Shown: positions 45,401-57,125, counted from the whole stretch's first letter. The stretch: 63,828 nucleotides of DNA, filler included, from Stramenopiles sp. TOSAG23-2 (GCA_900128395.1; 13 parts of 13 records of this genome joined end to end with filler, not necessarily neighbours in it); one strand, 5' to 3'. Program-made: numbers and translations. Notes: generated by a model not told the origin, from the letters alone.

Positions 45401-46373
45401 AACACCAAATATGAAGATAAATTCAAACCTAGATGGGGGAAGTGGAAATGCCGCAAGGCGTAGGAGTAGCTTACGTTTGGATACAAATGATTCTCGTTAT
45501 CGAAACCAATATAAAATCTCAAATCGAAAAAATGCTGAAATTCGTGTATTGAAAGAAAAAGTGGAAAGATTGCAATTAACACTTGAACGCATGCGACGTC
45601 TTTCGGAATCGAGAAAACGTCGTTCAGGTGTTGTAAATAAGTTAAAAACAAATACATCCTTTAGAAGAGGAAACATGAACAACAATAATAAAAATAACAG
45701 ATCTGCAGATCCACTGAAAGAAAAGTTATTATATATACAACAATCATTAATGCATGAAAATCAAGATGTTGAACAACGAGTAAAAGATTTAGAATCGATG
45801 AAATCATTATTTAATGAAGATATGGAAAATCAAATTGCGGCCTTGCTTCGACGTAATAATAATAATAATAATAATAATAACAATAATAATAATGATAATG
45901 ATGATAATAAAAATGGTGGTACTGAAAAAAGTAATAAGCGACGAAGTAGTACAACATCATCATCTTCCTCTCTATCCTCGTCATCGTTTAATATTATAGG
46001 AAAAGATGATATAATTTCATTGCAACGTGATATGAAACAAGTTAAAGAAGATATGGAATTTCAAATTGAAGGTCTTTTATATATAAATCATGAAATAGAA
46101 AAAACTGTGACACGTGCTAAAAAGAAAGCAAAAGAATTTTCTATTAAAAATACACAACAACAACAATTGCAAAGGCATAAATTGCAGCTAAAACAGCACC
46201 AAGAAAAAGAACAAATACAACAACGACAAATACATTCAAAAATGAATAAGAAAGGACATCATCGAAGAAGTCATAATTTCAATGCAATTAAAAGAAGACA
46301 ACCAACAGTAAAAAAAAAGAATAAATCTGCTGCTGTAAGAGGGCATGTGACATCCCCAAGAGCGATGGCGTAG
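42408..46373 (+). CDS. DENN-domain protein (Rab GEF) with C-terminal coiled coils
   Basis: LIDYF, MFCFP, SFVLTSTD..YGAVL, ALCILSHYPFF, ILMEQRIVL, IFPLQWQLIYIPMLP, SPVNYIVG and TQAFQEF. Confidence 0.93.
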   Translation: MEELLKNNSQYKGKQKKRLIDYFSVFERDIEGKVTCVSFPSKTNDPNHSEFPGAHVVGMFCFPLIRQCQTKELNSFVLTSTDYSHTYGAVLRFPINSTNIPDNNNTTTEDNNNNDNNNNNGEQALCILSHYPFFKLFEGILKTMYEIFLNRTNNDNMKNIPPLERYLTYLIYEIPVPSRGEQLILTLSPTIPSLYQTRFPVKNIPEVDYGSFQILFQYLSVENVVHIIEAILMEQRIVLMSENIRILAPIGEALLALIFPLQWQLIYIPMLPSYMTLSLKSPVNYIVGVHTSSVVDSEEDLELPAAVVVHLDQDKVINPLICEVMITSDESVDDIPKFPVKLRETLIKNLNQVVPEDIMNKDIDDVNNNNMDEMLKAIQWSSRVQAAFLSVFLKLLSSYTRYNKKISSPSSKDNGGHNTGTFGGNNVTFDSNGFLRSRMYLWRQFLSAMIQTQAFQEFLQAASRGDPQINEFDRYLVLSKANIHQGKSSNDINKMLFVPIVDGTKNVMLKCTTIDETPVIGADMRGKFLSRRKDIVEKGRFPNPDDSMAFSPRTDFQVIRSLEGKEIDHFRDANNNVIDESPMVQINTSTHKRGRHTREVSRLIVQKSLMRVESIDSINSGSRGGSFSSNNDHTLILSPSTYTKGSTDGMDDDGFFANLATISGNNINNGLKVNISTSSGGSNDNKAITKKEKTKQQKLLNETLSQPRHRRLATTPSQFTPGVFNRASNKRNNGSPSPSLASSQVFKPSPLRRTASSQMISAKNTPSKSITPDQLLYGKNSGMKGIVGSSSKGASDKSNNSLLSHFDAVRKALAKSRTRAERAEATAELSTMKLKEVHSKMVELQRLVLNQRNNNRNNNRKRDTDGDDGNTLSGNEHWKLKAALNKIEKLENKISSQEHKISLLQSELRQNSEFQSHLIDKIESKTGSSNRAHRHNSISRNSSVASSSSTSKSTLNSPVNKMENRQKMKIASMQFKQKSSKNLLYGLKSRYNNDMSKSTPNMKINSNLDGGSGNAARRRSSLRLDTNDSRYRNQYKISNRKNAEIRVLKEKVERLQLTLERMRRLSESRKRRSGVVNKLKTNTSFRRGNMNNNNKNNRSADPLKEKLLYIQQSLMHENQDVEQRVKDLESMKSLFNEDMENQIAALLRRNNNNNNNNNNNNNDNDDNKNGGTEKSNKRRSSTTSSSSSLSSSSFNIIGKDDIISLQRDMKQVKEDMEFQIEGLLYINHEIEKTVTRAKKKAKEFSIKNTQQQQLQRHKLQLKQHQEKEQIQQRQIHSKMNKKGHHRRSHNFNAIKRRQPTVKKKNKSAAVRGHVTSPRAMA

Positions 46374-46566
46374 CGCTAATAGCAAATATATTTTCATCAT
46401 CAATAAGTCAATACCACTGTACTGATTTTACGAACTATCAATCAGGGGAGTACATTAGAGCTACTACAAATGGAACCGCTTCCAATAATCGAGTATGTAG
46501 TGGATGTTTAGCAAATAAATTTTCATCATCAATAAATCAATACCAGTGTATAATGTATATAAAATA
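46373..46566 (+). pseudogene. Relic of a Cys-rich TNFR/GCC2-like repeat directly after the DENN stop codon
   Basis: The frame reads ANIFSSSISQYHCTDFTNYQSGEYIRATTNGTASNNRVCSGCLANKFSSSINQYQC, with a 129-nt (43-codon) internal period and no start codon. Confidence 0.55.
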
Positions 46567-46871
46567 ATACTTAGTATTATACTACTATAGAAATAGCATT
46601 ACTAGCCACCATCAATACAAATAATTTTAAAAAAATTGAAAAATTGAATTGCAAAAACAAAAATAATATTATTAACACCACACATCATTATAATTCTAGA
46701 ATAATAATAATAATAATGATGATGGTAAATATAATAATTATACTATAGATGTATTAGAACTATATATATATAGACTTTTAAATTATCACAAACAAATATA
46801 CATATTACATGTACAGTATACATATACGTGTACATGACACACATAAAACATTCTAAATACCTTTTCATTCT

Positions 46872-46971
46872 NNNNNNNNNNNNNNNNNNNNNNNNNNNNN
46901 NNNNNNNNNNNNNNNTTAATTAATTAANNNNNNNNNNNNNNNNNNNNNNNNNNNNNNNNNNNNNNNNNNNN
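46872..46971. other. Artificial contig linker
   Basis: 44 N + TTAATTAATTAA + 44 N. Confidence 0.99.
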
Positions 46972-47094
46972 AGTTATATCCATACCGTATTTGTATGATT
47001 TCATCCGATTGTAATTCCGTTGATGCATATGCAAGAGCGTCATCGTGTTAAGATTTCCGACGAGGGCCAATACATGAAAGAATTTAGAAACCCT

Positions 47095-47430
47095 TTACAA
47101 CAAATTGTATTTACACGTTGACACACTCTTCTGCTGTGATTTGCACCACTTGTACTTTCTCTCACTGATCACTCTGCGCTTGTGCGCACGCATCAGCTGC
47201 CGAAGCACTGTCACCGCCCATTTGGGATCGTCAACAAAACCACCTTTCAATTTTAACGTGAAATCGTATGGGTATTCTTTCAATAATTGTTGCTTCAGGC
47301 TCAATATCACCGGGATTGCAGCTATCGCATCGTTTCTTGAAATGACGGTGGTAGTGTCAGATGCATCATGAAAGTGAAATGCTTTGCATACCTTGTCCAA
47401 TAAGGCGGTGTGTCGTTTTGTAATTTTCAT
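47095..47430 (-). CDS. Small basic hypothetical protein resembling large-DNA-virus hypothetical proteins
   Basis: Complete intronless 111-aa ORF; the pattern AVTVLRQLMRAHKRRVISERKY..KSVSTCKYNL is recalled from NCLDV-type proteins but not verified. Confidence 0.5.
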   Translation of the reverse strand: MKITKRHTALLDKVCKAFHFHDASDTTTVISRNDAIAAIPVILSLKQQLLKEYPYDFTLKLKGGFVDDPKWAVTVLRQLMRAHKRRVISERKYKWCKSQQKSVSTCKYNLL

Positions 47431-48713
47431 CTTACCTAATCAATTTAAAGTATATATACAACATTTATTCTGTTTTTCAAAACTTTGATAATCACTACTA
47501 GACTTGAACACTCGTTGAAAGTAACTTTCAAATCAATAATCCGTGAGAAATAGCTTGGCAACAATATAAATATGTACAATCAGTATCTTCAGCAGCAAAT
47601 GTCGTTTTCTGTATCGCTATCCTGTACAACGAAGCATTGTAGAGCACCCGGACAATTGATTATGGTTGCTTTATCCGAATGGTGTTAAAAACTATATAGA
47701 AACAAATATGTGGCGTTTGAAATGGTGCGTATGTATTGGTGAAACTCGCAATTGACCTCAATTTTTCTCTTTCACCGGTGACAATTTAACTTTGTTGAAA
47801 CACGGTGAATCTACGGGCATAAACATTTTTGCTGCGTGTATGCAGTGAATACGCATTTTGACGATGGCACTCTGATGATCATAGGCACGATAAATACAAC
47901 AAGATGCGTTGTAATTGACCCACGTGCTTCGTTGTTGATAGCAAGACACGGCGTTGATCGACATAATAAAATACGTCGAAAAATGGGATATACATAATAA
48001 AATACACATTCATTATCGAAAAATGGAATATACCAGCTTACTGCAAAAAATAAAACAAATCGGATATTATAACAGGTATGGATAGCACGGTAATACAGTT
48101 ACAAAAACATGATGAAACTGAGATGGTAAAACTGGTCTATAAATATTGAACCAATTTTGTACTTTTACTAATATCGGTCGTTTTTCCTAATCAAATAAAG
48201 TGTGTTATAATTACATTAAAATTTTCTGGAACAGTCTTCGAATGATATACGGTGCCTAAGAGGCCACTAATTAAAAAGTTGCACGAAGGAATAATAAATG
48301 TTTTGATCCAAATAACATAAGCATAGCATTAATTCTAGTCACACCTGTTGTTTCATAGAAAAATATTGGATAGTAAATTATATATTGCAATAGTAACAAT
48401 ACTACCACTTCTATATGTTTATTAATATTGAAATAAACAAATAAAGTATATAAAACAACATTCTGTATATATTTATAGAGAATGTTATAACAACGTACAT
48501 TCAATTCACAGATAGCTACCAATAAACCTCGCCATGCTGATGCTTACGCATACACAAATAGTTTATCGCCATCTTTACGTAGAATCAGAAAGGTAAACAC
48601 GGAATTTTCCTTACAAATTCTTTTATTTTGTGTTGTGTATTTGCAATTGTAACTTTTCCACCATTTTATTTATATATATAGGTACATAGTAATAAAAGTA
48701 ATAGGTTTTGAAT

Positions 48714-51700
48714 ATGTTTCATTTGATAAATGTTGCTTTGTTTTTGATGTTGTTCCACATAGACTTTGTTTCTGGAAATGGTTGTCGTGACCCACCCCCA
48801 CTATGTTGTGATACTGATGAGTGCGCACCTAACGAAGTCATAAAGTGTTGTATTGCTGGAAAGTATGCCAACAATACCCAGTGCCAAGAATGTCAAGCGG
48901 GCACATATTCCGACACGTGTCAGGCTAATCAATGCAAGAACTGTAAAGACGGTACATATTCCAATCCGGGTGCTAGCTTATGTTGTCGCAATCCCCCACC
49001 TTGTTGTACTAGTGATGATATGTGCTCTCCAGCAGAATTCCCAATGTGCTGTACTGCTGGAAAGTATGCCCAAAATCTCCAGTGCCTTGAGTGTCCAGCG
49101 GGCACATATTCCGAGTGTGGTTCCGCTTCTGTATGCAAGCACTGTGACCCCGGTAAATATTCCAATTCGGGTGCTAGCTCATGCACCGCCTGTGGAAAAG
49201 GGCAGTACTCTTCGGGTGGTGCCAGTGTATGCTGTACTTGTAAAGGTGGACGATTCTTTAGTACCGTCAAAAATAAATGCCTCGATTGCCTTCGGGGCCT
49301 ATATTCCACATGTCAACATACCACACCGGCATGCACAAATTGTGACGCTGGCAAATATTCCGATATGGAGGGTGCTGAGTCATGCACCGACTGTAAAGAG
49401 GGCACATACCAAGATGAAGTTGGAAAACACGGATGCAAAGAATGTCTCATGGGCAAATATTCCGATATACAGGGTGCTATTACAGGCAATCTCTGTATAC
49501 CATGCACAGCGGGCACATATTCCAATACGGCGGGTGCCACTGCTTGCGAAAATTGTGCACCGGGCAAATACTCCGATACGACGGGTGCTGAGTCAGCCGA
49601 TGATTGTCAAAATTGTACAGCGGGCAAATACTCCGTTACGCCGGGTGCTGAGTCAGCCGCTGCTTGCCAAAATTGTGCAGTGGGCACATATTCCAATACG
49701 ACGGGTTCTAGTTCTTGCACAAGTTGTGGAACTATTAAAACGACGAAACCTCAAAGTGATCCACACGATGTAACATTACAAGACAATGCAGACGATTGTT
49801 ATCCAATCCCCTTTATTACACATATTAGTCCCAACAATCATACCGTAGCTGGAAACATTTTAACGACATTTACAGGACTTCGTTTTGGAAGTAGCAACAT
49901 TGCCTTAACAACAAATGGAGTACCGTGGACAAGTATTACACGTATTAGTGCTACATCGATTACTGCCATTTCGCCAGCAGGTACTGGTGGTAATTTTGTT
50001 GTCCACTTAATTATTGATGGCATCGACTCGTCGCTATTCTCGACATCATCCCAACCAGTATTTTCTTACAAACCACCGAACATCACGGATGTTGTTTCCC
50101 CTCCATTTGATGGAGGAACAATACAAATTTTTGGAACGGAGTTCGGTTCTAACCTTGATGCCATTGTTATATCTATATACGATGATAATGGCTGTAGCAC
50201 AGACTGTCTACATCCATCGCTAGACGCGACCGTATCGCCACCATCATTGCAATGTCAATATGCCGGTGTCGGTTCTTCCGGAGTAACGCGTGACATCAAA
50301 ATTGCTGTATCAAACCAAAACGCTAGAAGTTCATTTACGTATGATGTTGATAAAGGGGAGATTGTGGGTATACCTGTTGGTATACAAACGGTATTAGAAG
50401 GTGCGAGTTTAACATACAGTGTGGGTTTGACATTTGGCATGACACCCACAGCCGATGTTAATATTAGTTTACAAGCTACATCCTCAATGCATGGATTAAA
50501 CTGCACGTTAACCCCATCTACCATCACGATACTTGCAAATGATGGTAACAACACGCAAGAATCCGTTGTATTGGAAACAAGCGGTAATTTTATCGATGAA
50601 GGTACAGACGCAGTTGCGTATACGTGTGAAATCCGCAATGCGTTATCATCAACCGATCCGCAATATTCCAGCAGCCCAACACGTTTGCTTACGGTCAATA
50701 TCGCCAATGATGACGAAGCAGATGTCAAGTTATGGACGATAGGTGCAAACGATTTGTACGGCTACGATGTGAAATTTTTATCCTTTTACAATTTAGAAGG
50801 TGGTACTTTTCAATATGGCGTTCGATTAGATACCGAACCTGTTGAAAACGTGCGTGTAGAACCTACCGTTTCGTTAAGCGGTAGTTCCAGTATCGTTGAC
50901 CCGCCGCAGTTAACTGGACATCCGAACTTTTTGACATTTACGCCATCAAATTGGAGTCAACACCAACGTTTCACGTTCTCATCCATCCCAGATAACGTTG
51001 ACCATGATTTATTGGAATTTACCATTCTTCACAACGTGATTACAAACGATGCGAAGTTTCTTGAAAAGGCGACGAAGCGCGATATTTTAGCCGTAGTAAA
51101 TGCGGCAGATGATGATACAGCAAAGGTTGTGTTGGTGGACAGTAAAATGTTAACCTTGCAGACCGAAAAAAATGTAGAAAGTGTCACGATAGCACGTTTC
51201 GCAACCAAACCAGCATACGATGTCACAATTCTGGTCCAAGTTCCGTCCACTCGCATTGAAGTGATCTATGATGAAGCATTTAATGGCACTGAAATAGTCA
51301 TCCCAAAAAGCGACTGGGGGAACATCAATTACGTATTAAAATTTAAAGCGTTATCCGGGGCGCCGAGTGGTGAAATGACGATTGCACTAATACCGCAAAG
51401 CACAGACCCTAAATACAACGCAGGAAATGACGGCGTCGCAAATGAAAATGTGGTTGGTGCATTTGTCAATGTGTTTATACCTGAAGGTAAGTAGTATATA
51501 TATCAGGTTTTCTCCACCTTTCTTCGTTTCTGAACTAACACACACACCACGTATATTTCCAATAAACGGCAATGATCGGCAACACGATGCTATGCACAGC
51601 GGGATCGGAGCCTTCGACAAACATTACATCGTCGCCTCCACCAGTGAGCGCTTGGCAACGCGCCACGTTTCAATTTTATTCGCCGGATACCGAAGTCGTG

Positions 51701-51998
51701 AAAATGGAGTGGAAATTAGATGGTGACCCGTACAAAGAGTTGGCGTGTCCGGGGGTCACCGTGTCGTCGCATTGCAAGTTGCATATTCCACTTTTGGCGC
51801 ACGGGAGGCATCGTTTGGACGCACGGGCCGTTTCAAATATAGGCCTTGCAGACGCGTCGCCGGCATATGTGGAGTGGGAAATTAACCATTGCAATGATCC
51901 AAGTCGCCGACCGGTGCAATATGCAAAAATTGGAAGCGATGGGGCATTAGAATGCATCGATTGTCCCCATGATAAAGGCGCGGAATGCATGACGTTGG
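48714..51998 (+). CDS. Large Cys-rich surface/secreted protein: GCC2_GCC3 (TNFR/ephrin-receptor-like) repeats, IPT/TIG-like and Calx-beta-like domains; intron 51487-51599; truncated in the next intron
   Basis: Signal peptide MFHLINVALFLMLFHIDFVSG; many CxxCxAGxYS repeats; PFITHISP and FSYKPPNITDV; LTFTPSNWSQHQ; splicing joins PE|AGSEPST in frame. Confidence 0.88.
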
Positions 51999-52066
51999 GT
52001 ACGTATTTTTTTTCTTTCTTTCTATGTTTCATACAACCACCCCTAACATCCGTTCGTTCTTTTTTT

Positions 52067-52166
52067 NNNNNNNNNNNNNNNNNNNNNNNNNNNNNNNNNN
52101 NNNNNNNNNNTTAATTAATTAANNNNNNNNNNNNNNNNNNNNNNNNNNNNNNNNNNNNNNNNNNNN
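52067..52166. other. Artificial contig linker
   Basis: 44 N + TTAATTAATTAA + 44 N. Confidence 0.99.
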
Positions 52167-52427
52167 GACGTAGAATGTCCAAAATCAGGACAAAACTTAT
52201 TTTTCAATATCAGAATACCAGATATGATACGTATGATACGTATGATACTTCGTACGAGATATATTTTTAATGATTAGCATTTTTTAAATGTATAATTTAA
52301 TGCATTTTATTCTAAATTCTAAATTATGCATTATAATAAAAATATCATATAAAAAAATATAAAATATGTATTATATATGCTTTGTTTCACAATGAATGCC
52401 CGATACGGCTTCTCGTTTTTTTTTTTT

Positions 52428-53516
52428 TTAAGTTTTATCCAATTTATTTCTAAATTCTATTTTTAAATCTTCTATTTCTTTCATGTGTTGTTTTTTCTCT
52501 AACTCTAATTTTATTTCTAAATTTTTTATTTTTGTCTCTAACTCATTGATTTTTTTTACCTCAAAATTGGTTGTTATTATTGGCAATGGTACCATCTGTC
52601 CCGTTCCACTTAATTGATCGTCAACCATTTCTAACGATTGGTCATTATCAGTACTATTTATTATAGTTTTTTCTATTATTTTTTTGTCAGCAGACAAAGC
52701 GAGGTTATTTTTTGCATCTTCTTTTGGGATGATACTAGTAGCTCTATTATCATTCAAATCAGATATGTGAAGATTATTTGATAATGTACTTTTATATTTC
52801 TTACTCCCACTTTTCAATGTTTTCAAACTTTCTTTATAATTTGTTCCATTGGCAATTTTATTATCGTTCCTCGTAAATATAATTTCTTTTTCCCGTGGAT
52901 TGAGATCTTGCTCCACCCGAAAATCATTTTTTTTACCAATACCGATTCTTTGCAACACAGCATCCACATTATTTGCAGTAACTCGTGAAAGTACATTCGC
53001 ACCCGTTGTACTAGTTCCAGATGCTGGTGTGTATTGCAAAGAAGATGGGCGCTGCCATCTAGGGTCTAAGGCAGGCCCATTAGGGATTCCATGCGGGTAG
53101 CCCAAGTCAGCATGTCCGTGGGAACGCTTTAAATGCGCACGGTGCTCCCTTCGTACTCTTGCTCGTTTCTCCGCATGTTTATGGGCTTCTGTACTCCAAA
53201 CCTTTGCAACTCTTTCATCAATTGTGGTGCGACCTTCATAAAAATATGCAAATGCTCTAGTGAATGGATCTCGCTCGTATCGTATGGCATGATGTAACCA
53301 ATTAGGCCTCTGATATCTCAATTTACTCTCACTATTACTACGATCATTGTCCTTTGCTATCGATATTTTTGCATCAGCATTTTTCAAACTTCTCGAAGGC
53401 AAAGATGTATTTCCGGACCATTTTTTTTTACTAATCATACGAATATGGTCGTCATATGTAAATTCAGGGATACCGGGTTTGCATGGTGAATTTTTCCATC
53501 GGGTGAAGCTGGCCAT
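52428..53516 (-). CDS. Hypothetical protein with C-terminal coiled coil
   Basis: Complete 362-aa ORF with no recognised domain. Confidence 0.75.
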   Translation of the reverse strand: MASFTRWKNSPCKPGIPEFTYDDHIRMISKKKWSGNTSLPSRSLKNADAKISIAKDNDRSNSESKLRYQRPNWLHHAIRYERDPFTRAFAYFYEGRTTIDERVAKVWSTEAHKHAEKRARVRREHRAHLKRSHGHADLGYPHGIPNGPALDPRWQRPSSLQYTPASGTSTTGANVLSRVTANNVDAVLQRIGIGKKNDFRVEQDLNPREKEIIFTRNDNKIANGTNYKESLKTLKSGSKKYKSTLSNNLHISDLNDNRATSIIPKEDAKNNLALSADKKIIEKTIINSTDNDQSLEMVDDQLSGTGQMVPLPIITTNFEVKKINELETKIKNLEIKLELEKKQHMKEIEDLKIEFRNKLDKT

Positions 53517-54425
53517 GTAATTTATTAGTGTACCTTTTTTATTTGGAATCTATGATTTATATTGAATAGATATGGTATTGTATATATATATATATGTGTG
53601 TTTGGTGGTAGTATTATTGAAATTATAATAATATGCACATTAATAAACATAGTGCCATATTATATTAGTTGCATAATAAATACACAAGAAGAAGACCACA
53701 ACACACAACAATTTAAATTTCAGTTTTTTCACTCTGTTTTTTTTTCTATTCTATTCAAAATACCTTAATTATTATATGTAAAAGTGACTCCATAACAATA
53801 TGTTTTATAAATATTCATAAATAATAATAAAACAAAAATCTATATAAGATCATAAAAAATACATTTCAATTTTGAGGTATCATATATTAATAATAATGCA
53901 TATATATGATATATATATATATATCATATGATTGATTATTAATTTCATTAATTCGTATGTGTTCTTACAATATTTCAATATATATGATGGTTTAATAATA
54001 TATACGCATACACAAATATGATTCATAATGTATTTAGAGATGTTTTTAAATTAAATACGTATAAAAAACAAAATCACTATGAAATGATATACACACCAAT
54101 TCGGTGGAATATGCATCCATTGTTTTGCATATTTAATGTATTTCGTTTATATAACATCATAATAATAATATATAAATCAATTTTTTCACAAGTAAATTCG
54201 TGGTGTTTCGATAAAAATAATAAATTAATTATTTGCACATTTTATTTTATATATTTATAATTAAATATATATTATTTAAAAAATAATATAATTTTAATTT
54301 ATTATAATAATTATCATTTTTCGATAAAAAGTTGAATGAGGATGATGTGTCACAGATTCGGATACAAACAAGATTAAGTGCTATTACATGCTAAATAGGT
54401 TTATGAAAAACCTTAAATATCGTAC

Positions 54426-54564
54426 ACAACTACTTCTTTTTTTTTTTTTTTTTTTTTGAATAGTATGTCATTAGATAATTTAAAAATTTTACTCTCTTCC
54501 CTATCTGCACTGTATTCTAAATTCCCCACTCCGGATCTCGCCCCCAATTATACAACTACTTCTT
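54426..54564 (-). mobile_element. Short poly(A)-tailed retroposed insertion with 13-bp target-site duplication
   Basis: ACAACTACTTCTT at 54426-54438 and 54552-54564 flanks a 113-nt insert that begins with a T-run (T21 at 54437-54457 including the TSD end). Confidence 0.7.
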
Positions 54565-55620
54565 GTCGGCACTATCTGAGGTTCGACTACGGAAATCGAC
54601 GTACCTCTCTCCCTTTATGTTTAATAGCTTAAAATTCATTTAATTACAAAACTTCCGTAAACCCATCAATGAAATGACGAGTTTACAGAGAGATATATTT
54701 CTTTAGAATACAACTTATAGAATAAAATTTATTTAAAGGTCAGGCATTAGATAACATTCTTGTGCAATAACAATAAAACAAGATTTAATAATAATGAAAT
54801 TTCTTTTACAAACACTATTGGTCTTTGCAGTTGTTGCAGCTGCATTGGGACAGACAACAACAAGTGCTCCAGCACCTGCACCTTCGCCAACTTTACCCTT
54901 TTGTAACGAGCAAGCTTATACACTTTATCGACAATCTTCACAAAATCAAGCGCATTCTAACTAAATATGCAGATTATATTAATGGTATAGCCACACAGTA
55001 CAAACATTTGCCAGAGTACTCACGAAACCCCGCTATGTTATTCGTATAAGGATACTGGACATTATGACATATCGCTGGATAATATATTCAGGTAATAATA
55101 ATGGCACTATGCGTGAGACTTTTTTTTTTTCAGATTGAAAACATATCGACATACAAATTCCAAAAATGACATCTCTGATTTTAGTAAAATTTTAATTGAA
55201 AAATATCTAAAGCAAAAACCAATAATATTATTATTTAAATGACGAAAACGACAAATAACTTGAAAATTTAAATTATATAAGCTAATAATATCCGAAAATA
55301 CGCATCTCGTAAAAAAAAAAAAGATAAAGCATATAGTGCCATTCGATTATATCAGGTATTGCCAGAGATGCCCTATCAGTGTGTTGTGGACATTACACAT
55401 TTTCTTCTTACCAAACAACAAAAATATTAAATTTTTTACTATAATATATGTCGTTCATGCTATAAAAAAACAACATATCAGGTTTTCACAACGATATTAT
55501 TATTTACCACGGATGCTTCAAAACATTCAATAAAAGAAGTCCTTTATTTAACATATTAATACCCAGCTGAAATAGCACACGTTTCTACCGACCACAACAA
55601 TTTGCCATATTTTACTAAAA

Positions 55621-55782
55621 ATGTCAAAACGAGCATTAATAACCGGGATTACCGGTCAAGATGGTTCATACCTTGCAGAGTTACTTTTAAAGAAAGGTTA
55701 TGAAGTACATGGAATTATTCGACGATCTTCTTCGTTCAATACTGGGAGAATAGAACATATCTACCAAGATCCACAGGGCTAG
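55621..55782 (+). pseudogene. gmd: GDP-mannose 4,6-dehydratase N-terminal fragment (53 aa)
   Basis: [53 protein letters not shown]; no splice donor at the break. Confidence 0.85.
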
Positions 55783-56367
55783 AGCTAGCTAGCACTATTG
55801 CAATGAAAGCAATTTTAGCTGCTGAGAAAAAATGGGATCAAAAAAAAGTTGATGCAGAAAATTTTTATAATAAAGGTTTAGGAGAAATGATACAAATGGC
55901 TGCAAAAACAAAAGAAACGGAGGCGGAAGGGAATTTATTGGAAGATGGCGAGTAATATAAATGCACTGTACTTAGAAGAGGGTAGTAATCATAGTACGAC
56001 GTACAATATGTATAATACGAACGTTCGTATATATATGTACATTATTCGTGTGCCTCGAAAACATTTTACAAGAAGTATGATGTACGTGTGATTGATATTC
56101 ATACTATCATAAGGGGGAAGCCGTTTATGTTGTGATTTGTGAAGCCGCTTTTATGTGTTTTGTGTCTTAATAACCGCTATTTGAATGTCTCGACATGTGG
56201 TATTAACCCAATTCATAGTAATATGTAAATATATGACCCACTGTTGATAAGATCCGAACGATTTTGGAAAATGGCCATAATATTAATAGGGGTATCCCTT
56301 GATATTCCCGATATTTTCGTATACTAATTACCTATGATTTAGTATAACATGTGTTTTACTCCCCTTG

Positions 56368-57125
56368 TCCTGTACTCAAAGACCCAAGAAGATTACCAGC
56401 ACCTATCCAATACTGTAAAAAATAATTTAAAAATTTCTTTTGTTATTTTTTTTACGTAAATTTTATTTTTGTCCAAAAAAATTTCAGGAGATGATTTTTA
56501 ACATGCCGGTTTATGCAATCTGTGACAAGGCGAGACAAAATGCAATCACACGAGCAATGAAAAAGTTTTGGGAATCCTGTACTCAAAGACCAAGAAGATT
56601 ACCAGCACCTATCTAATACTGTAAAAAATAATTTAAAAATTTCTTCTGCTAAATTTTTTACGTAAATTTTATTTTTGTCCAAAAAAATTTCAGGAGATGA
56701 TTTTTAACATGCCGGTTTATGCAATCTGTGACAAGGCGAGACAAAATGCAATCACACGAGCAATGAAAAAGTTTTGGGAAGTCACAAGAAAAAAATATTT
56801 TTTTTTTTGGAAAATGATGGTAGGACAGATAGGAGAAGAAGGTTGATGCAAGATGGTATTCATGGCAAGTCAAGTTGAAAGTTGAATCGCCTCTTAATTA
56901 TATATATGAAATTCTGCTGCTGTGTGTAACTTTCTTATGATACAAACGGTTCCTTAGATTTTTTATCATTTATGATATATATATATATATTTTATATGAT
57001 ATATATATAAAACAACGTGATGATATGATACGTCGTACAAGACAAGGCGAGACAAAATGTCATCACACGAGCAATGAAAAAGTTTTGGGAAGTCACAAGA
57101 AAAAAATATTTTTTTTTTTGGAAAT
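56368..57125. repeat. 207-bp diverged tandem repeat x2 plus a third partial copy
   Basis: tcctgtactcaaagacc at 56368 and 56575; gacaaggcgagacaaaatg..gcaatgaaaaagttttgggaa recurs at ~57041. Confidence 0.85.

Noticed and set aside
54570-54600. tRNA gene suggested by GGTTCGA
   Set aside because: No cloverleaf or acceptor stem could be built around it
53562-55533. Short ORFs in very AT-rich intergenic DNA
   Set aside because: Ile/Tyr/Phe/Asn-biased translations typical of non-coding AT-rich sequence
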